Positions 7,902-18,069 are shown, numbered from the stretch's first letter. The stretch is 22,085 bases of DNA from Candidatus Nanohaloarchaea archaeon (GCA_046539225.1 JBKHHG010000010.1:1-22085); one strand, 5' to 3'. Notes: generated from the letters alone by a model not told the origin. A program made the numbers and translations.

Positions 7902-8426
7902 CTATTCTTCGATTTCCTCGTTGAACTCCTGTACCTGGTGCTTGAGCTTGATCATAAGCTCCTCTGTCTTTTCCAGCGAGTCCTGCAGGGATTCTCTTTC
8001 GTCCTCAAGCTGTTCGATCTTTCTCTGCATCGAGTCCTTGTCAGACTTGAGGTCTTCCTTGTCGTCTTTGAGGTGTGTGACCTTGGACTTGAGGTCGTCG
8101 ACTTTCTCGTCTTTTTCCTTGATGCCTTTCTTCAGTTTTTTCTTGGTATCCTGCAGGTCTTCAACCGTCTCTTCAAGCTCTTCCTTCTCCTCTCTCAGGC
8201 TTCTGACACGCTGCTTCAGTGATTCCTTCTCCTTTTTGAGGTCCAGGGCTTTTTCTGTCTCTTCTTCAAAGCTGTCCACCAGATCTTCGAGTTCGTCGAT
8301 CTGTTTCTCCTGGTGTATCTGGCCTTCGTGGATGTTGAGGCCTGACTCCGTGTCGAACTCTTCGCCGCAGACAGGGCATTCATACGTTTCCTGGTCTTCT
8401 TCCTGTTGATCTTCTTGTTCCGCCAT
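7902..8426 (-). CDS. C2H2 zinc-finger protein with long coiled coil
   Basis: YECPVCGEEFDTESGLNIHEGQIH followed by about 130 aa of heptad repeats. GGTGA SD upstream. Confidence 0.85.
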   Translation of the reverse strand: MAEQEDQQEEDQETYECPVCGEEFDTESGLNIHEGQIHQEKQIDELEDLVDSFEEETEKALDLKKEKESLKQRVRSLREEKEELEETVEDLQDTKKKLKKGIKEKDEKVDDLKSKVTHLKDDKEDLKSDKDSMQRKIEQLEDERESLQDSLEKTEELMIKLKHQVQEFNEEIEE

Positions 8427-8468
8427 TGTTCTTATTCACCTATAGTAAAATTATTTTTTCGCTCCAAT

Positions 8469-8765
8469 TTAATGGTTTTCCAGGTTGTTGACTGTCTTTA
8501 CAATCTCGTCTATCTGGCGTTCCAGCTCTTCCTCTGAGTACTCATTAGGCTCGATCTTTAAACCATGCATTATATCAGAGCTGTTCCAGCCCTCCTCAAA
8601 GCTGTACTCGAATCCATCGTCTTCAACGTCAATCCTTGACTCCATCCTCTCTACAAGGTTTAGAAGTGTTTTATTGGCCTCGATCAGCTTTCTTCTCTGG
8701 TCTTTCAGCTTCTCGATCTTTTCCTCGGCCTCATCTATCTCTTCGAATATTCCCTCTGGATCCAT
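8469..8765 (-). CDS. Hypothetical acidic coiled-coil protein
   Basis: Likely start is ATG 8765 (MDPEGIFEE), which avoids overlap with the divergent aldo/keto reductase gene. Confidence 0.7.
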   Translation of the reverse strand: MDPEGIFEEIDEAEEKIEKLKDQRRKLIEANKTLLNLVERMESRIDVEDDGFEYSFEEGWNSSDIMHGLKIEPNEYSEEELERQIDEIVKTVNNLENH

Positions 8766-8803
8766 GCAGTAAATTTTAGTGTCTCCGGAAATAAAGGTTA
8801 ACC

Positions 8804-9577
8804 ATGGAACTCGGACTCGGTACATGGCAGAACACCGGCGACCAATGCAGAAAATCCGTTGAACACGCCCTCAACATAGGCTACCGGCATATCGACACGG
8901 CCCAGGCCTACGACAACGAGGAACACGTTGGAGTAGGAATAAAGGCCTCGAATGTTGACAGAGAGGATATCTTCCTGGCGTCAAAGGTCTGGACCTCTAA
9001 TCTTATGCCGAGTAACGTGGTCTCCAGCACGGAGGAGTCGCTTCAGAAACTTGGAACCGAATACGTCGACCTGATGTATATTCACTGGCCTTCCGGCGAC
9101 TACCAGGGAAAAGAAACGTTGGAGGCCTTGCAGTCATTGAAGCAGAAAGGCCTGGTAAAGAATATCGGAGTCAGCAACTTTGAGGTACCGCAGATTGAAG
9201 AAGCTCTGGATCATGTAGATGTCTACGCCAACCAGATCGAGATGCATCCCCTCCTGCCTCAACACGAGATCAGAGAATTCTGTGAGGAAAACGGTGTTGA
9301 AGCAGTAGCTTACTCTCCGTTGGCGAGAGGAGAGGTCTTCAACATCAAAGAAATCCAGGAGGTCGCGGAAAAACACGGCGTCTCAGAGGCTCAGGTCTCC
9401 CTTGCGTGGATAATGGAGAAAGGCGCGACACCTATTCCAAAGGCCTCAACCGAGGAACATATAGAAGACAATCTCAAGATCCGGAAACTGGAGCTTGATG
9501 AGGAAGACATCGAAAAAATCAATTCTATACGTGGAGAGGAGAGGATGATCGACCCGGAGTTCGCCCCGTGGTCATAG
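8804..9577 (+). CDS. Aldo/keto reductase (2,5-diketo-D-gluconate reductase-like)
   Basis: GLGTW, GYRHIDTAQAYDNE, IHWP, IGVSNF, NQIEMHP, AYSPLARG and PIPKAS motifs. Confidence 0.95.
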   Translation: MELGLGTWQNTGDQCRKSVEHALNIGYRHIDTAQAYDNEEHVGVGIKASNVDREDIFLASKVWTSNLMPSNVVSSTEESLQKLGTEYVDLMYIHWPSGDYQGKETLEALQSLKQKGLVKNIGVSNFEVPQIEEALDHVDVYANQIEMHPLLPQHEIREFCEENGVEAVAYSPLARGEVFNIKEIQEVAEKHGVSEAQVSLAWIMEKGATPIPKASTEEHIEDNLKIRKLELDEEDIEKINSIRGEERMIDPEFAPWS

Positions 9578-9943
9578 CCTTTCAATCCTTAAGAGCCTGA
9601 GGTAGTCGCCGGCGGATTCAAAGTAGAACATGTAGACCTCTCCATCAGCAGCGAATATATCGTTCTGCCGGCCTTCAAGATCTATCCGGCGGGTCCTGTT
9701 CTCAATCTTCACGTATTCAGGGCCTGAACTGTTGTAGCCGAGAGTCGCGTTCTTACCGTCAAAACTCACGGTCTCCTCAGGGTTATCCGCATCAACTTGG
9801 ACATCAAAGTTTGAACTGTAGCCATCTCCGGGATAGTAGAAGTAGCCTATAGAGAACGCAGCGATGAAAATCGATACACCGAGAACAAGATGCATACCGT
9901 AGCTTTCCCACAGGAGTGTGAATCTTTCAACTATGTTTTCCAT
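9572..9943 (-). CDS. Hypothetical membrane-anchored protein
   Basis: One N-terminal TM helix plus a beta-rich domain with N-x-S/T sequons. Likely start MENIVERF at 9943. Confidence 0.7.
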   Translation of the reverse strand: MENIVERFTLLWESYGMHLVLGVSIFIAAFSIGYFYYPGDGYSSNFDVQVDADNPEETVSFDGKNATLGYNSSGPEYVKIENRTRRIDLEGRQNDIFAADGEVYMFYFESAGDYLRLLRIERL

Positions 9944-9994
9944 GTACTTTGTTGAACGGTAAGGATTCAAAAAGATGGTCGAGAAAGACCGGGT

Positions 9995-10534
9995 ATGTCC
10001 CTCGTCCAGAAAGGCCTGTCCTACCTGACGCTTCTGCTGAACCTTTCCTGGATAGCGGGTCTTGTAATCTACACCTTCTACAGATTCTCTGGAAATAAAA
10101 AAATTGAAAACTACGGCCTGAAGGCCTCAAAAGTTTTGAAAAAGTACTACAGGGAGGCCTCGCTTCTCATAGTCTCGGCGGCGACTTTTGGCAGCCTCTA
10201 CTTTTCCGAGGTTCTGGGCTGGGAGCCATGCAGGCTCTGCTGGTACCAGAGAACATTGATGTACCCGCTTGTTTTTGTAGCGGGTGTAGCAGTCATTCTG
10301 GAGAAAGACGATGTCAGGGATTATATTCTGCCGTTGACTCTCACAGGTTCAGGCCTTTCGCTTTACCATTACGTGGTGCAGAGGATCGAGGCCTTCCAGT
10401 CCGTGGGCTGTAGCGTTACGCAGGTAAGCTGCGAAACACAGTACACCTACTTCTTCGACTATATCACGGTGCCTATGATGGCGTTCACGGCTTTCACCAC
10501 GGTCTTCCTGCTCAACTACTACTTCACGGATTAG
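9995..10534 (+). CDS. dsbB: Disulfide bond formation protein (DsbB/BdbC family)
   Basis: GSLYFSEVLGWEPCRLCWYQRTLMYPL, a second Cys pair, and TM helices. Confidence 0.9.
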   Translation: MSLVQKGLSYLTLLLNLSWIAGLVIYTFYRFSGNKKIENYGLKASKVLKKYYREASLLIVSAATFGSLYFSEVLGWEPCRLCWYQRTLMYPLVFVAGVAVILEKDDVRDYILPLTLTGSGLSLYHYVVQRIEAFQSVGCSVTQVSCETQYTYFFDYITVPMMAFTAFTTVFLLNYYFTD

Positions 10535-10794
10535 AGGAAGTCCCCGGTATCCAGTCTCTCCGCCTCTCTTTCAAGGCCTAAACCGTAGCCCAGCTCAAAA
10601 GGATTAAGAACAACATCTTCAAAACTGTACTCCGGCATATTTTCCTTGATCTCTGCAGGTGTCATGTCGGCGCTGTCAATCCGCCCCGCTGTGTAGCCCA
10701 CTGCTGTAGAAAAAATAGGTATAGACTTTCCAAGTTCGGAGGAAAAGGCCTCCACATCTCTGCTCAGCAGACTGTAAATTTGGTCCTGGCTCAT
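10531..10794 (-). CDS. Hypothetical protein, 87 aa
   Basis: ATG after a GGAGA SD, TATA-like TATAAA upstream on the minus strand, acidic composition. Confidence 0.6.
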   Translation of the reverse strand: MSQDQIYSLLSRDVEAFSSELGKSIPIFSTAVGYTAGRIDSADMTPAEIKENMPEYSFEDVVLNPFELGYGLGLEREAERLDTGDFL

Positions 10795-10860
10795 ATCTCC
10801 GGGATGTATGCAAAGATTTATACGTTTTTGTTAGACTGGATCCGAATAATCACACAGCGC

Positions 10861-10875
10861 TTTTAAATCAGGCCT
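10861..10875 (+). promoter_or_regulatory. TATA box followed by AGGCCT; promoter of the ABC operon
   Basis: TTTTAAAT at 10861-10868, 22-29 nt upstream of ATG 10890, which is leaderless-type spacing. Confidence 0.55.
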
Positions 10876-10889
10876 GTTCAAGCTTCAGT

Positions 10890-12011
10890 ATGGGAAAGAA
10901 GACTTTAATCGTTTTAACCGGTGTTTTACTTTTTACAGGCCTTGCAGCCTCGCAGACCTATACTCAGTCATTTGATCTCTACCTGAATGAGGAGGCCTCT
11001 CTCGGCGATTACCGTTTTGAGTTTAGCGACGCGACCGGGGATCAGCGGCTGAAAGTCGGTGAGAAACGCGACGACTCCGTACACATACTTCACAGTCTGG
11101 AGAGTGATAATATCTACAGCTCTGTTGGAGAGAAAATGAACGTTACTGAAGGCCTGAACTTTACCTTGGAGGAGATTGATGCCGACGATGAAGGCCTGTT
11201 TCTAAGTATTCTTGTGGATTCAGAGAACCAGATCTTTGCGTCTTCCGAGCTTGAATCCGATGCGCCGAGCAAGGTCTACATCGCGAAAGGCGAGACCCTT
11301 TCTCTCAACCTTGAGCTTGAGAACACAGGCATCATCGACGAGGATTACAATCTTTCGACCGATTCCAGGGATCTCGAGGCCTCTTTCGGTTATCAGGGTT
11401 TCAACGTTACTTCTGTAGAGGTTGGAAGCGGAGAGTCAGTCAGTATTTCAGCTGAGATAGAAGTGCCTGAATCCGCGGAGGTCGGGACCCGGAACCTTTC
11501 TCTTATAGCTGAGGATGAGAGCCGGGCAGAGGAGACCGTTGTTCTTGATGTTAGAGGAGTGAAAAACCCGGATCCAGAGATCAACCAGGATATTCAGGAG
11601 ACCTTTGTCAGGACTTCATCAGGTGAAACAGTCAACATACCGGTAAGGGTTTCGAACAGAGAATCCGGGACGGGGATACGCGACGGTTCGGACGCGCCAG
11701 GCCTTACAGATGTGAGGCTCGATGTCGAGGCTCCTGAAGACTGGGAGTCAGAGGTCACTCCTCAGGTTGTTGACTCGATGGAGGGGTATGACAGCGAGAG
11801 ATTCGTCGTGGAGCTGAGGCCTCCCGAAGGAGTTGAACCCGGCGATCACTTCGTCGATATTCAAGCGGTTTCCAGCGAGGTTGAGGCGGAAACCGGCCAG
11901 GTCCGTGTAAATGTATACGAGCAGAGCATGATGAGATACGTCGGCATCGTGATAATGGTGCTCAGCATCGGGTCACTGATCGCTGTTTACAGAAGGTTCG
12001 GGAGGCGGTAG
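10890..12011 (+). CDS. Secreted, membrane-anchored Ig-like protein (COG1470 / NEW3-domain type)
   Basis: Signal peptide, repeated Ig-like units (LENTG, PEDWESEVTP, PEGVEPGDH), C-terminal TM helix ending RRFGRR. First gene of the ABC operon. Confidence 0.75.
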   Translation: MGKKTLIVLTGVLLFTGLAASQTYTQSFDLYLNEEASLGDYRFEFSDATGDQRLKVGEKRDDSVHILHSLESDNIYSSVGEKMNVTEGLNFTLEEIDADDEGLFLSILVDSENQIFASSELESDAPSKVYIAKGETLSLNLELENTGIIDEDYNLSTDSRDLEASFGYQGFNVTSVEVGSGESVSISAEIEVPESAEVGTRNLSLIAEDESRAEETVVLDVRGVKNPDPEINQDIQETFVRTSSGETVNIPVRVSNRESGTGIRDGSDAPGLTDVRLDVEAPEDWESEVTPQVVDSMEGYDSERFVVELRPPEGVEPGDHFVDIQAVSSEVEAETGQVRVNVYEQSMMRYVGIVIMVLSIGSLIAVYRRFGRR

Positions 12012-12014
12012 TAG

Positions 12015-12890
12015 ATGGCTGTCGTCGAACTCGAAAACGTTGAGAAAAGCTATGGGAAACACAGGGTACTCAAAGGCGTCAACCTGGCTGTGGAGAAAGG
12101 CGAGATTTACGGGCTTTTAGGGCCTAACGGCGCGGGAAAAACCACTTTGTTCCAGATCATGACAGGCCTCCTGAAAGAGGACTCTGGCGAGATAAGAATT
12201 AACGGTAGATCCACGGATGGAAAACAGGTTAAACGCGTGGTCGGCTACCTCCCCTCGGATATAAGTTTTTATGATAGTATGACAGCGGTGGAGAACCTCC
12301 AGTACCTTTCGCGGCTCGCCGACAAGGAACCTGATATAGAAGGCCTTCTACAGCTTGTGGATCTTGAAGAGGACAGGGATAGAAAAGTCGGCGACTACTC
12401 CACAGGCATGAAGAAAAGACTGGGAATCGCCCAGGCCTTGATAAAAGAACCGGAGATCGCTATATTCGACGAGCCGACGACAGGCCTCGATCCCGAGGGG
12501 AAGAACAGTTTCAGGAAACAGGTGGAGAAGATAAACCAGGAGAGAGACATGACTGTTATAATATCCTCACATATCACAGGGGAGATATCCCCACTCTGCG
12601 ACAGGTTCGGTATATTGACGAAGGGAGTCATAAAGGCCTCAGGCACCAAAGAAGAGCTTACCGAGAAAACCGGTTCATCCGGTAAAATCCAGTTAAAAGT
12701 TGAAAACCCTGGTGAAGCAGCGGAAACACTGGAAAAATACGAGTTCGAGAGGGATGGAAAACATTTTGAGGTAGAGGCCGATGATTATACTAAAATCGTT
12801 CAACAAATCGTTAACTCTAACGCAGGCCTTGAAGAGTTTTCAAGTGAGGCCTCAAGCCTTGAATCTCTTTACCTGGAGCTGACGAGGTGA
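12015..12890 (+). CDS. ABC transporter ATP-binding protein (ABC-2 type)
   Basis: GPNGAGKTT, YSTGMKKRL, FDEPTTGLDP and SSH motifs. Confidence 0.95.
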   Translation: MAVVELENVEKSYGKHRVLKGVNLAVEKGEIYGLLGPNGAGKTTLFQIMTGLLKEDSGEIRINGRSTDGKQVKRVVGYLPSDISFYDSMTAVENLQYLSRLADKEPDIEGLLQLVDLEEDRDRKVGDYSTGMKKRLGIAQALIKEPEIAIFDEPTTGLDPEGKNSFRKQVEKINQERDMTVIISSHITGEISPLCDRFGILTKGVIKASGTKEELTEKTGSSGKIQLKVENPGEAAETLEKYEFERDGKHFEVEADDYTKIVQQIVNSNAGLEEFSSEASSLESLYLELTR

Positions 12891-12894
12891 AACA

Positions 12895-13866
12895 ATGGGG
12901 GATCTCTGGGACGTCGGGAGAAAAGAGCTGGAGGACAGTTTTTCAAGCAGAAGGTTTCTGATAGTCCTTGGGCTGTTTCTGGTGCTGTCGCTGGCATCGG
13001 TCTACATCGGCATCGATAACTATCAGACACAGATCGACAACTTTGGCGAGGGAAGCAGTATCTACGGTCAGCAGCCGGAGATGCCTTCACTCATTGAAAT
13101 ATTCGAGCCGTTGCTCAGGTTTAATCTGGCGTTGACCGCAGGCCTGCTCGGGCTTTTCCTCAGCTACAACTTTATATCTAAGGAGCGGGAAGCGGGAACG
13201 ATGGAGCTGCTGCTTTCCTACCCGGTTTACAGGGATGAGATAATCAACGGCAAGCTTGTGGCCGGTGTTTTCACCGTGGCTTTAACCCTGCTGATCTCGT
13301 TCCTCGTGTCTTCAGGCCTCGCCATATTCATGCTGGACAAGATACCCTCGATAGAAGTAGTTTCAAGGCTTTCATTTATCTGGCTGGGAACCACTCTGTA
13401 CATCACATTTTTCCTCAGCCTGGGTACCCTGCTCTCCACAGTATTCAGGTCCCAGTGGCGTTCATTGATGATCGGAGTGCTTCTCCTCATCGCGTTCATA
13501 GGAACGCCTTTTATCGCGGGAATAGCAGCACCGTTCATCTACCCTCATGAAGAACCCGCGTCAGAAGGGGCAGCGGTCGAGGGAAGGCCTGGCGTTGATA
13601 TGGGAGAGAAGGATAGGTCTCAAAGAGAGATCGTGGAGGAAAAAAGGCAGCGGTTTATCTCTGTAGTCTCCAACTTTTCGCCGTCGGAGAACTACAACAG
13701 TTTTAACGCCGCGATGCTGGGAACCATGCAGGAGACAGAGGACGGTTTCGAGCCGACGTTTACAGAGAGCCTGAGGACGGCGCTCGACCCGTTGATATAT
13801 CTGGTGAGTCAGACCGCCTTTGTCTTGACAGGGTCTTACCTGGTCTTTCTGCGGCAGGACCTCTAA
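12895..13866 (+). CDS. ABC-2 transporter permease (NosY-like)
   Basis: ISKEREAGTMELLLSYPVYRDEIINGK motif, six TM helices, terminal RQDL. Confidence 0.9.
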   Translation: MGDLWDVGRKELEDSFSSRRFLIVLGLFLVLSLASVYIGIDNYQTQIDNFGEGSSIYGQQPEMPSLIEIFEPLLRFNLALTAGLLGLFLSYNFISKEREAGTMELLLSYPVYRDEIINGKLVAGVFTVALTLLISFLVSSGLAIFMLDKIPSIEVVSRLSFIWLGTTLYITFFLSLGTLLSTVFRSQWRSLMIGVLLLIAFIGTPFIAGIAAPFIYPHEEPASEGAAVEGRPGVDMGEKDRSQREIVEEKRQRFISVVSNFSPSENYNSFNAAMLGTMQETEDGFEPTFTESLRTALDPLIYLVSQTAFVLTGSYLVFLRQDL

Positions 13867-13907
13867 AGGATCCGGTTTTTTAACTCAGGCCTCTAAACAT
13901 TGTGTAG

Positions 13908-16601
13908 ATGGAATGGCACAGTGAGTCCATTGAAAAACTCTTCTCTGAACTTGGTTCCTCGGAAAAAGGCCTGAGTCAGGAAGAGGCCGAGGAAAGACTG
14001 GAGAAGGAGGGAGAGAACAGGATTGAAAGCGGGGAGTCCGCTGAGGCCTGGAAGATCTTTATCAGCCAGTTCCAGGACAACCTGATATACCTGTTGATGG
14101 CGGCTGCTTTTCTATCCGTGGCCATAGGCTTTCTGCCAGGGCATCAACCAGAGTACACAGAAGCCGGTATTATCACGCTTATACTTTTCGCAAACGGTGT
14201 CTTCGGCTTTGTCCAGGACTTCAGGGCCGAGAAGTCGATTGAGGCCTTGAAGCAGATGTCTACCCCTGCAGCAACGGTTTTGAGGGATGGTGAGAAAGTC
14301 GAGGTCGATTCAACACAGGTTGTCCCGGGAGACATAATCTTCCTGGAGCAGGGTGACGCAGTACCTGCCGATGCAAGACTTCTGGAGCAGGAGTCGCTTG
14401 ACACGGACGAATCCGCGTTGACAGGCGAGAGCAGCAACGTATCCAAACAGCCCGGTACAGTAGGGGAAGAGGCCTCTGTCGCCGAGAGATCCAACATGGT
14501 GTTCATGGACACCCATGTTATCAGGGGTAGAGGCAAGGCCGTTGTAGTAGAGACAGGGATGGATACAGAGGTCGGTGATATCGCTGAAGGCCTTGAAGAC
14601 GCTGAGAAAGGCCAGACGCCTTTCCAGGAGGAAGTCGATGAAATGGGTAAAAAGATTGGAGGCCTTGTCATCGGCATCGTCGCGCTTGTGGCGTTTGTAC
14701 AGGTAGGCCTGACCGGCGCAGGAATGATAACAGTCCTTCTAATGGCTATAGGGCTTTCAGTCGCGGCTATACCCGAGTCCCTCCCCGCTATTGTTACATT
14801 GACGCTGGCGCTCGGATCCAAAAAACTGTTAAAGAAGAACGCGCTTGTAAGAAGGCTCCCGGTGGTAGAGGCCCTGGGATCGGTTAACTACATCGTGACG
14901 GACAAGACCGGGACACTGACTGAGGGAGTTATGACTGTGGAAAACCTGTACTTCAACGGAGAGGATTACGAGGTAACAGGTACAGGAACCTCAACAGAAG
15001 GAAAGTTTCTGAAAGAAGATGACGTCGTTGAACCCGACAAGCTTAGGCCTCTGCTGGAGTGCGGAGTCTACTGCAACAACGCCGAGGAAACAGGGGAAAA
15101 ATCGGATAAAGACTTTAGAGGCGACCCGACAGAGGTAGCGATCCTGGTCTCGGGAAGAAAAGCCGGTATCTCAGATATCGACCGGGAGAGAAGCGTTCCG
15201 TTCTCATCCGACAGGAAGAGAATGACAGCAGTAATGGGAGACGGAAAGGCCTACATGAAAGGCGCGCCAGAGACCGTGCTTGAAAGATGCGACAGAATAC
15301 TGGTCGACGGAGAGAAAAAAGAACTGACAGAAGAGAGAAAACAACACGTACTTGACAAAAACCATGAATACGCCAGAGAGGCCTTGAGAGTCCTTGGATT
15401 CGCGAGTAAAAAAGTTGAAGGAGATGAAAAAGATGAAGAACTGGAGCAAGGCCTCATCTTCCTGGGGTTGCAGGGAATGATGGATCCGGCCCGGGAAGAA
15501 GTCAAGGATGCTGTAGAGGACTGCAGGACCGCTGGCATTGGAGTGGTGATGGCGACAGGCGACAACATCGAAACGGCGAAAGCTATCGGGAAAGAACTCG
15601 GCTTCAACCCTGAAGGAGCGTTGACAGGCCCTGAAATAGATGAAATGGATGACTCTGTTTTAAAGCAGAAGGTCACTGAAGTTGAAATCTTTGCGCGTGT
15701 AACGCCGCAGCACAAAGTTAGAATATCGAAGGCCTTGCAGAGTCAGGGATACAACGTTGCGATGACAGGCGACGGTGTTAACGATGCGCCGGCACTGAAG
15801 AGCTCAGATGTCGGTATAGCAATGGGTCAGAGAGGAACGGACGTCGCCAAGAAAAGCAGCGACATGGTTTTACAGGACGACAACTTTGTCACGATCAGGG
15901 ATGCGATCTCAGAAGGCCGCCACATCTTCGACAACATAAGGAAAGTCACAAACCAGTTGCTATCCACAAACTCCGGAGAAGTAATGTTTGTATTTTTAGG
16001 GACTCTGATAGCAGGATTCTTCTTCTCAGGCCAGTTCGCAGGGACGGACGCAGTAGTCCTCACCGCAGTCATGATTCTATGGGTCAACTTCGCCAGCGAT
16101 GGCCCCCCGGCAATAGCACTGGGCGAAGACCCAAAGGTTGAAGGCATCATGGAGAGAAACCCGAGAGACCCAGACGAATCCATCATAGACCGGAAAATAC
16201 TCTTCATGATCGCCGTGACAGGCCCGCTTGCAGCCCTCTCAATGCTGCCACTGTTCTTCATGCATATCAACGACCTCATGCTTGCCCAGACCATCCTCTT
16301 CATGGGCCTCGCATTCTTCGAACTCGCGATGTTCCAAGTCATAAGAAGAGACTACGGTCTCAAACTCCGGGACAACAAGTACCTGATCGCAGCCATACTG
16401 GTATCATCACTCTCCCATCTGGCCATCGTCTACACACCCGTAAACCAGGTATTCGGAGTAACGCCTTTAGGCCTCAACCACTGGCTCTACATCGCAGCAG
16501 CCCTGACAGTCTTCCTCATCATAGAGTACACATTCAGAAGAGGCCTTTCAAAGAGATACGGCAACAGGATCAAAGAATTCGGAGAATACAGCAAGGCCTG
16601 A
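13908..16601 (+). CDS. Cation-transporting P-type ATPase (type II, Ca2+-like)
   Basis: TGES, IPESLP, DKTGTLT, KGAPE, TGD and GDGVNDAP motifs. Confidence 0.95.
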   Translation: MEWHSESIEKLFSELGSSEKGLSQEEAEERLEKEGENRIESGESAEAWKIFISQFQDNLIYLLMAAAFLSVAIGFLPGHQPEYTEAGIITLILFANGVFGFVQDFRAEKSIEALKQMSTPAATVLRDGEKVEVDSTQVVPGDIIFLEQGDAVPADARLLEQESLDTDESALTGESSNVSKQPGTVGEEASVAERSNMVFMDTHVIRGRGKAVVVETGMDTEVGDIAEGLEDAEKGQTPFQEEVDEMGKKIGGLVIGIVALVAFVQVGLTGAGMITVLLMAIGLSVAAIPESLPAIVTLTLALGSKKLLKKNALVRRLPVVEALGSVNYIVTDKTGTLTEGVMTVENLYFNGEDYEVTGTGTSTEGKFLKEDDVVEPDKLRPLLECGVYCNNAEETGEKSDKDFRGDPTEVAILVSGRKAGISDIDRERSVPFSSDRKRMTAVMGDGKAYMKGAPETVLERCDRILVDGEKKELTEERKQHVLDKNHEYAREALRVLGFASKKVEGDEKDEELEQGLIFLGLQGMMDPAREEVKDAVEDCRTAGIGVVMATGDNIETAKAIGKELGFNPEGALTGPEIDEMDDSVLKQKVTEVEIFARVTPQHKVRISKALQSQGYNVAMTGDGVNDAPALKSSDVGIAMGQRGTDVAKKSSDMVLQDDNFVTIRDAISEGRHIFDNIRKVTNQLLSTNSGEVMFVFLGTLIAGFFFSGQFAGTDAVVLTAVMILWVNFASDGPPAIALGEDPKVEGIMERNPRDPDESIIDRKILFMIAVTGPLAALSMLPLFFMHINDLMLAQTILFMGLAFFELAMFQVIRRDYGLKLRDNKYLIAAILVSSLSHLAIVYTPVNQVFGVTPLGLNHWLYIAAALTVFLIIEYTFRRGLSKRYGNRIKEFGEYSKA

Positions 16602-16649
16602 ACTCTTCAATAGAAAGAGATAAATCCCTGCCTCTCCCAACAATTAAGT

Positions 16650-16901
16650 ATGTCACAGAAACTACTGAAGACAACGAAAAAGATGAGCCGCGCAGAAGCC
16701 GGAGAAAAACTTCACAGCCTCGCAGACAAAATCTCCGAAGGCCAGGTAAAACTCAAATCTGGAGACAACTCAGTCAACCTGCAACCCGGAGAACAGGTAG
16801 AACTCGAAATCGAAGTAGAGAAGGAAGCAGACGGCGACACCTCAATAGAAATCGAAGTAGAATGGCCGGAAAAACAAGACGAAGACCTCGAAATACAGTA
16901 G
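16650..16901 (+). CDS. Amphi-Trp domain protein
   Basis: MSRAEAGEKLHSLAD...VELEIEVE...SIEIEVEW has alternating amphipathic strands ending in Trp. Confidence 0.85.
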   Translation: MSQKLLKTTKKMSRAEAGEKLHSLADKISEGQVKLKSGDNSVNLQPGEQVELEIEVEKEADGDTSIEIEVEWPEKQDEDLEIQ

Positions 16902-16949
16902 GCTTATTCTCTTCTTAATTTTTGGAATTAATTAGGATTTAGAAGAATG

Positions 16950-17022
16950 TGCGGTGTCTGGGATTTGAACCCAGGTCTCCACCATGGCAAGGTGGGGTCG
17001 TAGGCCACTGGACCAACACCGC
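16950..17022 (-). tRNA. tRNA-Gly(GCC), intronless
   Basis: Reverse complement gives acceptor GCGGTGT/ACACCGC, anticodon arm CCACC-TTGCCAT-GGTGG and T-arm CTGGG-TTCAAAT-CCCAG. Confidence 0.95.
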
Positions 17023-17125
17023 CTGTAAAAACTGTTAAGGCCTGTTTGAATGTTAGGCCTGTGGAAGTTATAAACCCTTTTCCAGTCTTGGTAAAGTTAA
17101 ATTTCTAACCCTGTATCAGTTATTC

Positions 17126-17371
17126 ATGGCGCAGGAAACAAAGATGACGAAATGCGTGTTCTGCGGAGAAAACGCCACGACGAAGAACTCCGCGGGCCAG
17201 CCGGTATGTCAGGAACACAGGGACAGAGAGCCGAGAGATGTTGCCTGTCCCGAGTGCGGTATGCCGATGAAGATTAAGGAGGGAAGGTACGGATTCTTCT
17301 GGGGCTGTGAAGGATACCCGCAGTGCCAGAAAACTTATCAGATAGAGGCCTTGGTTGAGGAGAAAGAATAA
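17126..17371 (+). CDS. Small double zinc-finger protein with topoisomerase C4-type zinc ribbon
   Basis: CVFC...CQEH plus CPECGMPMKIKEGRYGFFWGCEGYPQC. Confidence 0.85.
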   Translation: MAQETKMTKCVFCGENATTKNSAGQPVCQEHRDREPRDVACPECGMPMKIKEGRYGFFWGCEGYPQCQKTYQIEALVEEKE

Positions 17372-18069
17372 TGGGTTTGACGCTGTGTATACCGGCATAC
17401 AATGAGGCTGCCTTTATAGGGGATACAGTCGATGATACAGTCGAGTATCTTCATCAACTTGATTCTGTAGAGGAGTTTGAGGTTGTGGTGGTTGACGGAG
17501 GTTCTGAGGACTCGACTCCAAGTATCGTTAAAAATAGATCTGAGGAACAGCCGGAAGTTCATCTCATTAAAATCGAAGGCCTGCTGAAGGGCGAGTCGAT
17601 CATGGAATGCTTTAGCCGGTCAAATTCTCGGTTCTTTATCTTTATGGATGCGGACGGCGCAACCGATATCACCCACCTGAAAGAAATGATGGAAGGCCTT
17701 GAGGAGTACAGTATCGTGGTAGGATCTCGGAGAAACCCGGATAGAACGTTTCTCCGCCTGGTTTACAGCAAGGCCTACAATCTCATAGTTAAAACAGTAT
17801 TTGGATCAAAGATTTCGGATCACCAGTGCGGGTTCAAAGGTTTCAGGAGCAAGGATGTTGAACAACTCTTCGAGGATTTGGAGAGCCGTCACTGGTTCTG
17901 GGACACAGAGATGCTGATTAAAGCCCAGAGAAGAGACCTATCTATAAGAGAGATTCCTATACGATGGCAAGAGAAAAATGGTTCAAACGTAAACCTCTTC
18001 AGAGACAGCCTTAATTTTTTAGGTAAAATTATCGAACTCAGGTACAGGCTCTGGAGGAAAAAACAATGA
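17371..18069 (+). CDS. GT2 glycosyltransferase (dolichyl-phosphate hexose synthase-like)
   Basis: IPAYNE, VDGGSED, MDADG, DHQCGFK and WFWDTEML motifs. Confidence 0.92.
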   Translation: MGLTLCIPAYNEAAFIGDTVDDTVEYLHQLDSVEEFEVVVVDGGSEDSTPSIVKNRSEEQPEVHLIKIEGLLKGESIMECFSRSNSRFFIFMDADGATDITHLKEMMEGLEEYSIVVGSRRNPDRTFLRLVYSKAYNLIVKTVFGSKISDHQCGFKGFRSKDVEQLFEDLESRHWFWDTEMLIKAQRRDLSIREIPIRWQEKNGSNVNLFRDSLNFLGKIIELRYRLWRKKQ

